DNA of 64,000 bases. Source: Candidatus Hermodarchaeota archaeon. Its GTDB lineage: Archaea; Asgardarchaeota; Hermodarchaeia; Hermodarchaeales; Hermodarchaeaceae. Positions 29,615 to 39,374 of the stretch are shown here, one piece after another. The translations under genes and the position numbers were made by a program. The stretch covers positions 1 to 64,000 of the forward strand of contig JAEOTO010000022.1 of NCBI GenBank assembly GCA_016839805.1, written 5' to 3'. Under the pieces are notes generated by a model. It saw only the letters and a list, made by a program, of their open reading frames with translations. It was not told the DNA's origin and did no database searches. Each line of letters opens with the position of its first letter. Within the stretch, counting starts at the first letter, position 1.

Positions 29615-30397
29615 ATGAGCTTATTTCTAATCTTGGCTGCAGTGGCTGGAAGTCTAATCGCCATTTTGCCAGCTTTTCTAATTTTTCTTTATATTGCACG
29701 ATTTAAGGGAAGTATGTGGATTTCAGCTCTCCTTGGTGGAATATTTTGGTTTATCGCCCTATTAGCCCGCACTCCGGTTCTTCTAGTCTTGGAATTTTGG
29801 GGACTGACTATTCCTCCATCATTCTTTGCCATATATGCGGCTATTCTGATTTTCCTTGGAGCACTTATGGCGGGGCTATTTGAGGAAGGGATCAAGTTCG
29901 GCTTCCTCAACAAGTACCCACAATTTATTAAAACACTAAAACATGCACTCTGTTTCGGGCTTGGCTGGGGACTATGCGAAGCACTCTTAATTTACGTACT
30001 TACTGTGCTAGCTTACGGGTTTTTATATGAATTAATAATCATGTTTGTTCCCCTTCCCCCTGAACCTGTACTCATTTTAAATTTCATTCTTGGTGCCTTT
30101 GAACGAAATGTTGCAATCCTTTTACATGTCTCTGCCACCATAATCGTAGCGCTCGCCATTTGGCATCGACGCTACCTCTTTGTGGCAGTTGCTATCCTTG
30201 CCCACTTCCTCTTTGACTTTGTTCCACTCATATTATTGCAATTCGTTCTCTATCCCCTTCTCCCATACATGAATGCTATCATAATAGTCGAAGGTCTCTT
30301 AGGTGTTTTTGCCGTTCTCTTTGTTCTCCTTGCCTACTTTTTATGGAAACGAGAGGGTGGTCCTCGAGAACTGGATACAGATGCGGAACTCACATAA
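29615..30397 (+). CDS. YhfC/PrsW-like intramembrane metalloprotease
   Basis: AGLFEE, GLGWG..EA, ER....LH, H..FD in a multi-TM protein. Confidence 0.8.
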   Translation: MSLFLILAAVAGSLIAILPAFLIFLYIARFKGSMWISALLGGIFWFIALLARTPVLLVLEFWGLTIPPSFFAIYAAILIFLGALMAGLFEEGIKFGFLNKYPQFIKTLKHALCFGLGWGLCEALLIYVLTVLAYGFLYELIIMFVPLPPEPVLILNFILGAFERNVAILLHVSATIIVALAIWHRRYLFVAVAILAHFLFDFVPLILLQFVLYPLLPYMNAIIIVEGLLGVFAVLFVLLAYFLWKREGGPRELDTDAELT

Positions 30398-30434
30398 GAA
30401 TGAAAATGCAAGAAGAGTCCGCGAGCTAACTGTC

Positions 30435-31247
30435 GTGCCAGAACTTCCTGACCTTGAAGTCGCTAAAAATATTCTAAATCGTACCCTTTCAGGGTTGACC
30501 ATCGATGAAGTCGAAGTTGGCAGTCCTATTCTATTGCGTCGTCCTACAGCAGAAATTTTTGAAACGACACTTAATGGATCGTCAATTAGAGAATACATGC
30601 GATATGGTAAATTCCTTAATTTCCACTTCGAACCTCCTGCTCAGTTATACATTAATTTCATGCTTGCTGGACGACTCAGACTCCAATCGCCCTCAGATCC
30701 TAAACAGAAAAAAATGGGATTTCGGTTCAAGTTGGAAAATGGCTTGGATTTACGGTACCTTGATGCTAGAAACATGGGTAAGATCTATTTGCTTCTTAAA
30801 GAGGAATCAACAGCACTCATTCCAAATTACGATGAACAAGGTCCTGATGCGCTTGATCCCCAATTAACGCTTGATGTGTTTTGTCGACGGATTAAACGGT
30901 TTAACGCCGTAATTAAACACGTGCTGGTTAACCAACGATTTATTGCCGGCTTAGGGAATGCCTATGCTGATGAAATCCTCTTTATTGCTCATGTGATGCC
31001 GTTTCGTAAACGTTCAACCCTGACCGATGCAGAAATCGCGGCTCTATATAACGCAACTAAATCAGTACTCCAAAACGCTATTACCACCATCACAGCCCGC
31101 ATCGGAGATACTCTTCAATTTGAGGTCCGTGATTTCCTCCAAGTCCATGGAAAAGGCGGAGAACCCTGTCCCAATTGTGGCTCACCCATTTCCTCGGTGA
31201 AATCTGGACTTCGTGTAGCAAATTTTTGTCGAAAATGTCAAATTTGA
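30435..31247 (+). CDS. Fpg/Nei (MutM-like) DNA glycosylase/AP lyase
   Basis: GTG start gives N-terminal PELPD; RYGKFL, GPDAL, AGLGNAYADEIL (H2TH), CPNCG...FCRKCQ. Confidence 0.92.
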   Translation: MPELPDLEVAKNILNRTLSGLTIDEVEVGSPILLRRPTAEIFETTLNGSSIREYMRYGKFLNFHFEPPAQLYINFMLAGRLRLQSPSDPKQKKMGFRFKLENGLDLRYLDARNMGKIYLLLKEESTALIPNYDEQGPDALDPQLTLDVFCRRIKRFNAVIKHVLVNQRFIAGLGNAYADEILFIAHVMPFRKRSTLTDAEIAALYNATKSVLQNAITTITARIGDTLQFEVRDFLQVHGKGGEPCPNCGSPISSVKSGLRVANFCRKCQI

Positions 31248-31273
31248 TCCATTTCGTGAAATTCCATTTTCTA

Positions 31274-31415
31274 GTGCCAATAGTGGCTGGATGAACACCG
31301 TTAAAAATGATATTCGGCACAGACTGAAATGATGAAGGGTGCATTAATTGCGGCTGGTGCATTCTTCTAATTCCGTGGGAACTGAAAGACACTCAATTTG
31401 GAATTAGTGCCTTCA
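31274..31415 (+). other. Putative structured RNA leader (three hairpins) upstream of the longin-domain gene
   Basis: Stems 31274-31282/31311-31320, 31334-31345/31356-31367 (12 bp including G-U pairs) and 31382-31415. Confidence 0.4.
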
Positions 31416-31434
31416 GAGTTCGAGGTGTGAGCCC

Positions 31435-32808
31435 GTGGTACTTTATGGAATCTGGCTCATTGATGCAAACAGTGGATTACTCCTCTCGCATGTCACTATA
31501 CCGGGGTTTACCTTTAACCCTGATCTCTTTTCAGGATTCATCGCTGCAAGCCACGATTTTGCACAAGAAACCTCTGGAGGCAAGCTTAGCACCATTGCCA
31601 TGGGGAATTTCAAACTCTTAATTCGGCGAGGACGAGTCCTCATGAAGGTTCTCGCCGTTGGTGCCCGCGATCCTGAAACCCGGTATGACCAATTTTTCAA
31701 AGATATTGAGGAGAAAGTAGATCCCGCTTTAGCACATCTACATCGTGAACCCAATGGGTTTAAAGCCGTCACTATCGAATTTCGCAAACAACTGATAGAA
31801 ATAATTACCAAAGAACTTAACCGCTTTGTCACAAGGAAAGCGCCATCTGATTTGTCAGATTTAACGATTTTACAAGAAGACGAAGCACGTACGCTCATAC
31901 AAGCCTTACTACAACGCCAAAGTGCTGAGCTAGTCCCCAAACTCGCTACCACTAAAATGGGGTATTCATATCCACTCGCATCCTCAATCACAGGACTTGA
32001 TGATGAAGCTGCCTTGCAATTACTCGAACACCTCGCGGATTATGGATTACTGCTTGCTGAAGTCACCGATTCATCACTGGCTTGTCCCCAATGTGATTCG
32101 TTGCATCTGCATCCCCACATACTCTGTCCTGGTTGTCAAACTCCTGCCCAACCAGTTGGGCTCTTCGAACACCTCCCATGTGGAACCATTAGCGTAAAAC
32201 TAGATAACGAACAGGAACTCTACTGTAACCGGTGTGGAACCCGAAACGGGGATGACTCTGAATTCCGGGTATTTCGGGGATACCAATGTCAACAATGCAA
32301 CTCTTTTTTCAAAAAACCCCAAATGGTCTTCACCTGCCATTCCTGCCATACCATTACTGAACCCGAAAACGCGAAAGTAAGGGTTTTAAAGAAATACGTT
32401 TTGAATCCCGCTCTCATCTCTGATCTCGAATTCATCCTAGCAAAACCAAAGAAACCATTACTACATCAAGCAAGCACAACAGAAATCATGAAAGAACCCC
32501 CACCGCTTGACCCGTCCATATCTGTCACAACAGAAACGATTCCTCAGATTGTCAGTCAATCTAATGCAGATGAATTTCTTGAACCCACAGTGCTTACTCC
32601 GGTACACATTGACCCTATCGAACCAGTTAACTCCCCAACAGAACCAATGGAGAAAATAGTCACCAGAGATGAAGCTCAACTGGTTCAAGAGCTTAACTCG
32701 CTTGAATCAGCGCTTCGCTCAGGGGCTATCACTGAAGCTGAGTACGATCGGAAATTCGTCCGAATTAAACTCCAACTCCGCCGAATCCGGTCACAAGAAA
32801 TCCTCTAA
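31435..32808 (+). CDS. Multidomain protein: longin-like + TackOD1-like multi-Zn + Pro-rich linker + C-terminal helical hairpin
   Basis: N-terminal IWLID..SGLLL...DLFSGFIAA..FAQE (Asgard longin pattern); GYSYP...CPQC..CPGC..EHLPCG..CNRC..CQQC..CHSC; C-terminal LESALRSGAITEAEY. Confidence 0.75.
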   Translation: MVLYGIWLIDANSGLLLSHVTIPGFTFNPDLFSGFIAASHDFAQETSGGKLSTIAMGNFKLLIRRGRVLMKVLAVGARDPETRYDQFFKDIEEKVDPALAHLHREPNGFKAVTIEFRKQLIEIITKELNRFVTRKAPSDLSDLTILQEDEARTLIQALLQRQSAELVPKLATTKMGYSYPLASSITGLDDEAALQLLEHLADYGLLLAEVTDSSLACPQCDSLHLHPHILCPGCQTPAQPVGLFEHLPCGTISVKLDNEQELYCNRCGTRNGDDSEFRVFRGYQCQQCNSFFKKPQMVFTCHSCHTITEPENAKVRVLKKYVLNPALISDLEFILAKPKKPLLHQASTTEIMKEPPPLDPSISVTTETIPQIVSQSNADEFLEPTVLTPVHIDPIEPVNSPTEPMEKIVTRDEAQLVQELNSLESALRSGAITEAEYDRKFVRIKLQLRRIRSQEIL

Positions 32809-32952
32809 AACTCCCTACTTTTTCAATCCTAGATCGAAGTTCCCTGGAAAAGACAACTTTCTACCATTAGTGGGATTAAAATAGAACCTCAAAGTTCCGC
32901 ATACACACTTTAACATACACTACAAGATCGAATACCATTAAGGTGAAAAAAA

Positions 32953-33804
32953 GTGGAAATCAAACGCATCGCCGTTATCGGTGCTGGTGCCATGGGTACA
33001 GGAATCGCCTACCAGGCCGCCCGATTCGGCATCGAAGTCAACCTCAACGACATCAAACAAGAATTCATCACCAACGGCATGAACAAAATCAAATCCATGG
33101 TCAAAACCGGCGTCGATAAAGGCAAACTCGATCTCAAAGGCGCTAAAGCGATCGTCGAAGGCATCAAACCAGTCCTCGACGTTACAGAAGCCGTCAAAGA
33201 TGTCGACCTAATCGTTGAAGCTATCTACGAAAACATGGAAGCCAAGAAAGAACTCTTCAAAAAAATAGACGCCGCTGCCCGATCTGATACCATCTTCGCT
33301 ACTAACACCTCAAGCCTCAGCGTCTCTGACATGGCTACAGTAACCAAACGTCCCGAGAAAGTGGTTGGAACACATTTCTTCAATCCTCCATATACGATGA
33401 AATTGGTCGAGATTGTGGTGGGGGATAAAACGGCGGAAGAAACGATTGAAACAGCGATTGCGTTCAGTAAAAAGCTCGATAAAACACCGGTGAAAGTGAA
33501 AGATTCTCCAGGTTTTATTGTTAACCGCGTTCTTGGTGCTCTAATGGGTGAAGCTATCAGGATTCTCCAAGAGGGCCTTGCCACAGCAGAAGATATTGAT
33601 ACAGCTATGCAACTTGGAGCCAATCATCCAGTGGGACCATTAACCTTGGCTGACTTTGTCGGGTTAGATATCGCTGTCGCCACCGCTAACACTCTTCATG
33701 AAGGTTTTGGTGAGTGTTATTCAACACCAAAGTTGCTGTTGGAAAAAGTGGAAAAAGGCGAACTTGGTATGAAATCCGGTAAAGGATTTCACGAATACAA
33801 GTAA
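32953..33804 (+). CDS. 3-hydroxyacyl(butyryl)-CoA dehydrogenase
   Basis: GAGAMG, VEAIYE, TNTSSL, HFFNP, PGFIVNR, G.KSGKGF. Confidence 0.95.
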   Translation: MEIKRIAVIGAGAMGTGIAYQAARFGIEVNLNDIKQEFITNGMNKIKSMVKTGVDKGKLDLKGAKAIVEGIKPVLDVTEAVKDVDLIVEAIYENMEAKKELFKKIDAAARSDTIFATNTSSLSVSDMATVTKRPEKVVGTHFFNPPYTMKLVEIVVGDKTAEETIETAIAFSKKLDKTPVKVKDSPGFIVNRVLGALMGEAIRILQEGLATAEDIDTAMQLGANHPVGPLTLADFVGLDIAVATANTLHEGFGECYSTPKLLLEKVEKGELGMKSGKGFHEYK

Positions 33805-33836
33805 AAACCCAAGAAATAGGAGGAAAAATACGAAAA

Positions 33837-34649
33837 ATGACAGATTATGAAACCATTACCTATGCGGTTGAAGGGCATTTTCTCGCTGAAAGTGAACAAA
33901 TCGGCGTCATCACCCTTAACCGCCCTGGAAAACTCAACGCGATTGGACCCGAACTCATCAAAGACATGAACGCTGTTCTGGATAAAATCGAAAAAGACGA
34001 CAACATTCGTGCTGTTATCATCCGATCCGCCTCCGAGAAGGCTTTCTCAGTGGGTGCAGATCTCACAGCAGCGGCACAAATGGCTCAAGATAGGAAAATG
34101 GCGAAAGAATTCATGGAATCCGGACAACTGCTCTTCCGGCGTATTGAAAGCTTTCCCAAACCCCTTATCGCTGAAATTCATGGTCTCTGTATGGGCGGTG
34201 GATTAGAAATGAGCCTAGCTTGTGATCTTCGCATTGCTTCGAAGGAGACAAAATTCAGCAATCCCGAAGTGAAACTCGGTCTCATCCCCGGCTGGGGTGG
34301 AACCCAACGCCTACCACGAGTCGTTGGCATGGGCAGAGCTAAAGAAATCGTTCTGACAGGCCGTGATGTCCTCGCTGATGAAGCATTCGAAATGGGCCTG
34401 GTGAACAAAGTGGTCCCCAGTGACGAACTCCACGGTGAAGCCCTCTTTATGGCACAATCCCTTGCAGATAACGCACCCATTGCTCTCAAACTTGCTAAGG
34501 CTGCCATCAACCACTCTTTCGACGTTTCCGTCGAGAAGGGAAACGTAACTGAACTAGAAGGTATGCTAGCAACCTTTGACACTGAAGACCTTTCAACCGG
34601 AATCGCTGCTGTGTTCTCTAAATCCAAGCCCAAATTTAAAGGCAAGTAG
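33837..34649 (+). CDS. Enoyl-CoA hydratase (crotonase)
   Basis: LNRPGKLNA, AFSVGADL, GGGLE, PEVKLGLIPGWGGTQRL (both catalytic Glu). Confidence 0.95.
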   Translation: MTDYETITYAVEGHFLAESEQIGVITLNRPGKLNAIGPELIKDMNAVLDKIEKDDNIRAVIIRSASEKAFSVGADLTAAAQMAQDRKMAKEFMESGQLLFRRIESFPKPLIAEIHGLCMGGGLEMSLACDLRIASKETKFSNPEVKLGLIPGWGGTQRLPRVVGMGRAKEIVLTGRDVLADEAFEMGLVNKVVPSDELHGEALFMAQSLADNAPIALKLAKAAINHSFDVSVEKGNVTELEGMLATFDTEDLSTGIAAVFSKSKPKFKGK

Positions 34650-34735
34650 ACACAGCTAAACTAAGACAATAAAAGAATCTATTAGCGAAAACCGCGATAG
34701 AAACATCAAAACAAGAATAAAAAAGGTGAAAAATA

Positions 34736-35947
34736 GTGGCAATTCCAAAAGTCGCCATTGTGGGCATTGGCCACAGCAAATATGGTAAACGCGGCAAATT
34801 AATCAACGAAGATATTGAAGGTGAGAAAGCCACCTACCCGGCAGTAACGATACGTGAACTCGCTCACGAATCATACTTTCCCGCACTCGAACATGCAGGA
34901 ATTACAAACAATGACATCAAAGCTAGTGTCATCGGCATCGCCGCAGAAGCTTTTGCAGGTCAAGGCGCTGCTGCAGCCCTTATCGCCGATGAAGTTGGTA
35001 TCATCGGCAAACCCACAATGCGTGTTGAAACTGCATGCGCCACCGGCTCCACCGCCATCCGAACAGCCTGGGCACAAATCGCATCTGGGCAATTCGATGT
35101 TATGGCTGCCATTGGCGTTGAAACTATGACCTGGGTATCGACTGCTTATGCAACTGAACTGATGTCAGTGGCTGGAGATCATAGGTGGGAGTATCCTTAT
35201 GGAATTAGTTTTCCAACTTTCTACTCTCTTTATGCTGCACGCAAGATGGCTGTTGATGGGCTTACCCGTGACCAACTTTCTGCTGTTTCTGTGAAAAGTC
35301 ATTACTATGGCTACTACAATAAATTAGCACATCTGCGTCGAAAGGTATCAATTGAGGATGCCAATCAAGCCGTTCCCATTGCTTTACCTCTTCGGCTCTA
35401 TGACTGTTGTTTAATTAGCGATGGTGCTGCAACTGTTATCCTTGCTAATGAAGAAAAAGCCAAAGAAATGTCAAGCGATCCACTCTGGATTACGGGTCTT
35501 GGCTGTTCTTCTGATACCATGCGTGTCACGGATCGTCCCAATCTTACCAATCTAGGTGGATCGGTTAGAGCTGCTGAGATGGCGTATAAACAATCGGGGC
35601 GCTCGCCAAAAGATATCGATGTGGCATACGTTCATGACTGCTTTAGTGTCGCAGAAGTCATGGCCTATGAAGATCTTGGCTTTTGTGAACGTGGACAGGG
35701 AGGGAAATGGGCTGAAGAACGCGGACCCTACATCGACGGACCTGGTGTCCCAGTAAATGTCGATGGCGGCCTTAAATCCAAAGGTCACCCACTAGGGGCA
35801 ACAGGTATCGGTCAAGTCGTTGATGCCTATAAACAAGTCTTTGGGACAGCAGAAAAGGAACGTCAAGTTCCCGACGCTAAAGTCGCTTTGTGCCACAACG
35901 TGGGGCAGCATGGTCAGTTTGTGAACGTGTTTATCTTGGAGCCCTGA
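34736..35947 (+). CDS. Archaeal/SCP2-type thiolase
   Basis: ETACATG catalytic Cys, HDCF, KGHPLGATG. Confidence 0.93.
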   Translation: MAIPKVAIVGIGHSKYGKRGKLINEDIEGEKATYPAVTIRELAHESYFPALEHAGITNNDIKASVIGIAAEAFAGQGAAAALIADEVGIIGKPTMRVETACATGSTAIRTAWAQIASGQFDVMAAIGVETMTWVSTAYATELMSVAGDHRWEYPYGISFPTFYSLYAARKMAVDGLTRDQLSAVSVKSHYYGYYNKLAHLRRKVSIEDANQAVPIALPLRLYDCCLISDGAATVILANEEKAKEMSSDPLWITGLGCSSDTMRVTDRPNLTNLGGSVRAAEMAYKQSGRSPKDIDVAYVHDCFSVAEVMAYEDLGFCERGQGGKWAEERGPYIDGPGVPVNVDGGLKSKGHPLGATGIGQVVDAYKQVFGTAEKERQVPDAKVALCHNVGQHGQFVNVFILEP

Positions 35948-35958
35948 GGTGAGATGCA

Positions 35959-36396
35959 ATGAGTGAACCCCAATTAGGTTTAGTACAAGAATTGTCGTCT
36001 GATGTGAAGCATCGACAACGAATGACTGCAGAATTTCGAAAATTCATTGATGGGCTCAAGGAAGGGAAATTCCTTGCTACCGAGTGTAAGTCGTGTGGGA
36101 AGAAATTCATGCCCCCCAGATTTACGTGTCCTTGTGGTGGTAAGGACCTAGAGTGGTTTGAAGTGAATCCTGAAGGCACTCTTTATACTTGGTCCATTGT
36201 GCACTTTGCCCCCGAAGGTATTGCAAAGAAAACTAATGTTCCTTATGCGGTTGGCGTAATCGAGTTTGAAGACAACCTTCTCCTTACAGGTCACATTAAA
36301 GGATTAACCAGTAAACCCAAAGTTGGCATGAAGGTGAAAATTGAACCGCAAGAACTCGATACCGGCGACCTCGCCTACTTCATCAAGCCTGCTTAG
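35959..36396 (+). CDS. DUF35 Zn-ribbon/OB-fold thiolase partner
   Basis: CKSCG...PPR..CPCG, GTLYTWS, PYAVG; directly follows the thiolase. Confidence 0.92.
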   Translation: MSEPQLGLVQELSSDVKHRQRMTAEFRKFIDGLKEGKFLATECKSCGKKFMPPRFTCPCGGKDLEWFEVNPEGTLYTWSIVHFAPEGIAKKTNVPYAVGVIEFEDNLLLTGHIKGLTSKPKVGMKVKIEPQELDTGDLAYFIKPA

Positions 36397-36427
36397 TCAT
36401 CGCTAGCAGGCTCCCTTTCTCCTTTTT
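36386..36427. terminator. Hairpin between convergent operons
   Basis: AGCCTGCT/AGCAGGCT perfect 8-bp inverted repeat followed by a pyrimidine tract. Confidence 0.55.
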
Positions 36428-36440
36428 AGAGAAGTACTTT

Positions 36441-37304
36441 TTATGTTAGTTCTTGGAGGAATTCTGAAAATCCCACAGCTTTGAGGGGTTGCTTGATAAG
36501 TGGAGTTTTTTCTAGCTGGGGAAGGGAACTACGGTATATGGGACGATCTACTTGGTAGAAGATACCGATGGGAATCTTGTCGCCCCATTCATCGGCTCGT
36601 TGCATCGCTGCATAATAATCAGAGGAATCATGTCCTTGTTCTTTGAGTTTGTAGATGCGGTCACGGTAGAATTGGTAGTTTTGGATACGATTGAAAGTAA
36701 TGCACACTTGGAGTATGTCGACGAGGGCGAATCCCTTGTGTTGGATGGCAGCCTTCATGAGTTCTTTAAGATGGTCGACGTCGCCGACCCAGCCACGGGC
36801 TACGAAGCTGGCGTTGCTGGCTAACGCGATTTTAAGGGGTTCGATGCGCGGAGGGAAAACGCCTCTAGGTGTGGTTTTGCTCACATAACCTTGAATGCTG
36901 GTGGGTGAGGTCTGTCCGGTGGTGAGTCCAAAGACTTTGTTGTTATGGGTAAAGAGTTTGACATCAATATTGCGGCGTGCCGCGTGAGGGAAGTGTCCAA
37001 GGCCTTCATCGTATTGGTCGCCATCTCCAGCATGACCAATAACAGTGAGGTCGTGGTTAACCAATTTAATCCCAGTCATAACGGGGAGAACACGTCCGTG
37101 GATGCCATGAAAACCATTAACATTGACGTAGTTGTAGATTTTTCCGTGGCAACCAATTCCGGTCACTAACATGACTTGTTCTCGGGGGATACCTAAGTCA
37201 ACGATGGCGCTTTGCAGGGCTCGTAGAACACCAAAATTCCCACAGCCGGGACACCAGGTATTGGTTTCGTCTGTTTTGAGGTTGATTCGTGTAGGTCGTT
37301 CCAT
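36441..37304 (-). CDS. 2-oxoacid:ferredoxin oxidoreductase beta subunit
   Basis: WCPGCG, GIGC, HGR, GDGD TPP motif, GLTTGQTSPT. Confidence 0.95.
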   Translation of the reverse strand: MERPTRINLKTDETNTWCPGCGNFGVLRALQSAIVDLGIPREQVMLVTGIGCHGKIYNYVNVNGFHGIHGRVLPVMTGIKLVNHDLTVIGHAGDGDQYDEGLGHFPHAARRNIDVKLFTHNNKVFGLTTGQTSPTSIQGYVSKTTPRGVFPPRIEPLKIALASNASFVARGWVGDVDHLKELMKAAIQHKGFALVDILQVCITFNRIQNYQFYRDRIYKLKEQGHDSSDYYAAMQRADEWGDKIPIGIFYQVDRPIYRSSLPQLEKTPLIKQPLKAVGFSEFLQELT

Positions 37305-39055
37305 TACATCTCCTCCTTGATTCGTCGTGTGAGTTGAAGCGGATTGAATCCTCGCCCATCATAACGGAGTATCTTCTTGGTGAGATCAATGCATGTGTAC
37401 TCTTTGATGAGGCTACCTAGTTGCGCGGTTTGATTACCCTCGACAAGAATCGGGTTCTGTCCTTCCAGTGCAGCTTTTACATCCTCTGCAGGAAAGGGTG
37501 TAAGATAGATAACTTGCAAAAAGTTGGCCTTGATATTATCTTTTTCGAGGAGGCGAAGCGCTTCAAGGGCGACACCTTTAGTGGATCCCCAACCAACTAG
37601 GGTGACATCCGCTTTCTTGGAACCATACATCCTGGTGCAAGGTTGCTTTTCAAGTCGTTTGAGGAGGTGAGGTAGTTTTCGATATCGTTTGTCCGCCATT
37701 TCTGTGGCAATCGAGCATTCGTCACCGTGGAACCCACTTTCCTTATGTACAGCAGAATCTGAGTGAATAAGTGCGCCAGGTGTTCCGGGTATTAGACGGG
37801 GAGAAACGCCATCTGAGGTTAGCTTGTGACGCAAGTAAGGTTCTTTCTCAGAATATGGCGTCATTGGAAAGAGTTTGCCACGATTAATTACGACATCATC
37901 AATAGTGAATGGTTGGGTGGAAACGTGACTTTCAATGAGATGCTTATCGGTCAGAAGAATTACAGGAATTTGGAACTCATCAGCGATGTTGAAGGCATCA
38001 ATCGTGAATTCGTAGCATTCGTCAACGTCGCCTGGAGCCATGACAACTCGAGGAAACTCGCCATGTGAGGCGTGAATCGCAAACCGAAGATCACTTTGTC
38101 CAGTATAGGTTGGTAACCCCGTGCTGGGTCCAGTCCTCTGACCTAACATAATAACGAGTGGTGCCTCAACTATCCCTGCCATGCTCAAAGCCTCGGTCAT
38201 TAAACAGAATCCACCACCAGAAGTACCTGTCATGGCACGAACACCCGCATAAGATGCCCCCACGGCCATATTGATGGCAGCAATCTCACTTTCAGTTTGA
38301 ACAGTTATTATGCCAAAACGTTCCGCTTGAGCGATAAGAAAATGGAGCAATGGTGATGCCGGCGTCATTGGATACGCTGCATAGAATTTGCACCCAGCTG
38401 CGATGGCACCCAAAGCGACCGCCTCATTGCCCGTGAGAAGAATCCGATCCTTACGAATCTTCTTGGATGGTTCCAATTTGTAGGTTAGCTTGTCAACGTG
38501 GTGTTCCTGGGCGTAGTTGTATCCTGCGTGAGCTGCATTCACATTCATGGCGACAATCTTGTCACCCTTACTGATGAATAACTCTCGCAGTATCTCTTCA
38601 AGAATTTCGATATTATATCCCAAAATTCCTATTGTGGCCCCAAGAGCGGCCGTGTTACGTACAACGCGGCGTGCTCCTACTTCTTTAACAATTGTTTCAA
38701 AGGGAACCGGAAAGAAGTTTTTCACATCTTTCGGAAGGTCAGGACTATCCATTGCAACCTCATCTGAATCGTAGATAATTCCTCCTCCAGGCTTGAGTTT
38801 CTTCCAATGACGTTGAATCGTATTCATATCCAAGGCAAGGATTAGATCAAAATTATCCCACTGACTATATACCGGACCTGTTCCTGCCCGCACCATGTAG
38901 AAATTATGGCCACCTCGAATTAACGAGGGATAATCCACAGCGCCGAAAACATGTAAACCACCACGCATGAAGACCTTTCCGAGAGAGAACCCAGCGGCGG
39001 AGATACCAGCACCAGCTTCACCACCAACCAAAATCGAAATCTCCAAGTCTGTCAT
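37304..39055 (-). CDS. 2-oxoacid:ferredoxin oxidoreductase alpha subunit (gamma-alpha fusion)
   Basis: GGEAGAG, SLIRGGH, YPMTP, ESEIAA, TSGGG, RTGPSTGLPT. Confidence 0.95.
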   Translation of the reverse strand: MTDLEISILVGGEAGAGISAAGFSLGKVFMRGGLHVFGAVDYPSLIRGGHNFYMVRAGTGPVYSQWDNFDLILALDMNTIQRHWKKLKPGGGIIYDSDEVAMDSPDLPKDVKNFFPVPFETIVKEVGARRVVRNTAALGATIGILGYNIEILEEILRELFISKGDKIVAMNVNAAHAGYNYAQEHHVDKLTYKLEPSKKIRKDRILLTGNEAVALGAIAAGCKFYAAYPMTPASPLLHFLIAQAERFGIITVQTESEIAAINMAVGASYAGVRAMTGTSGGGFCLMTEALSMAGIVEAPLVIMLGQRTGPSTGLPTYTGQSDLRFAIHASHGEFPRVVMAPGDVDECYEFTIDAFNIADEFQIPVILLTDKHLIESHVSTQPFTIDDVVINRGKLFPMTPYSEKEPYLRHKLTSDGVSPRLIPGTPGALIHSDSAVHKESGFHGDECSIATEMADKRYRKLPHLLKRLEKQPCTRMYGSKKADVTLVGWGSTKGVALEALRLLEKDNIKANFLQVIYLTPFPAEDVKAALEGQNPILVEGNQTAQLGSLIKEYTCIDLTKKILRYDGRGFNPLQLTRRIKEEM

Positions 39056-39374
39056 GTTAACTCATCGCTCCGATACACAAGGAGTGTGCAATATCTCAAA
39101 ATTCTTTTGATATTCTTAGAATGGTCAATGTGGCATCTGTGCAAAAGGAGTAACATATTTTCTTACACAGCCAATGCTTCTTCAAGAACTACTTTGCTTT
39201 AATTCCAGAATAACAGAATCACCTTCGCCTGACGTTGACACAAGAGTTTAAAATAAAGCAACTGCAGACGTGCTAACAACCATAGGTTTCTATCAGCTAC
39301 GAAAACAAACACAACTGTTGGAATATCAAAATCTTTGGCACTTCACACTTACTGTCCATACAGAGGATGTTCAC

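Noticed and set aside
30303-30434. N-terminal extension of Fpg given in the ORF track
   Set aside because: Overlaps the upstream gene, and Fpg needs Pro at position 2, so the start is GTG 30435
31324-31390. Hammerhead ribozyme
   Set aside because: Lacks the CUGAUGA...GAAA core around the stem
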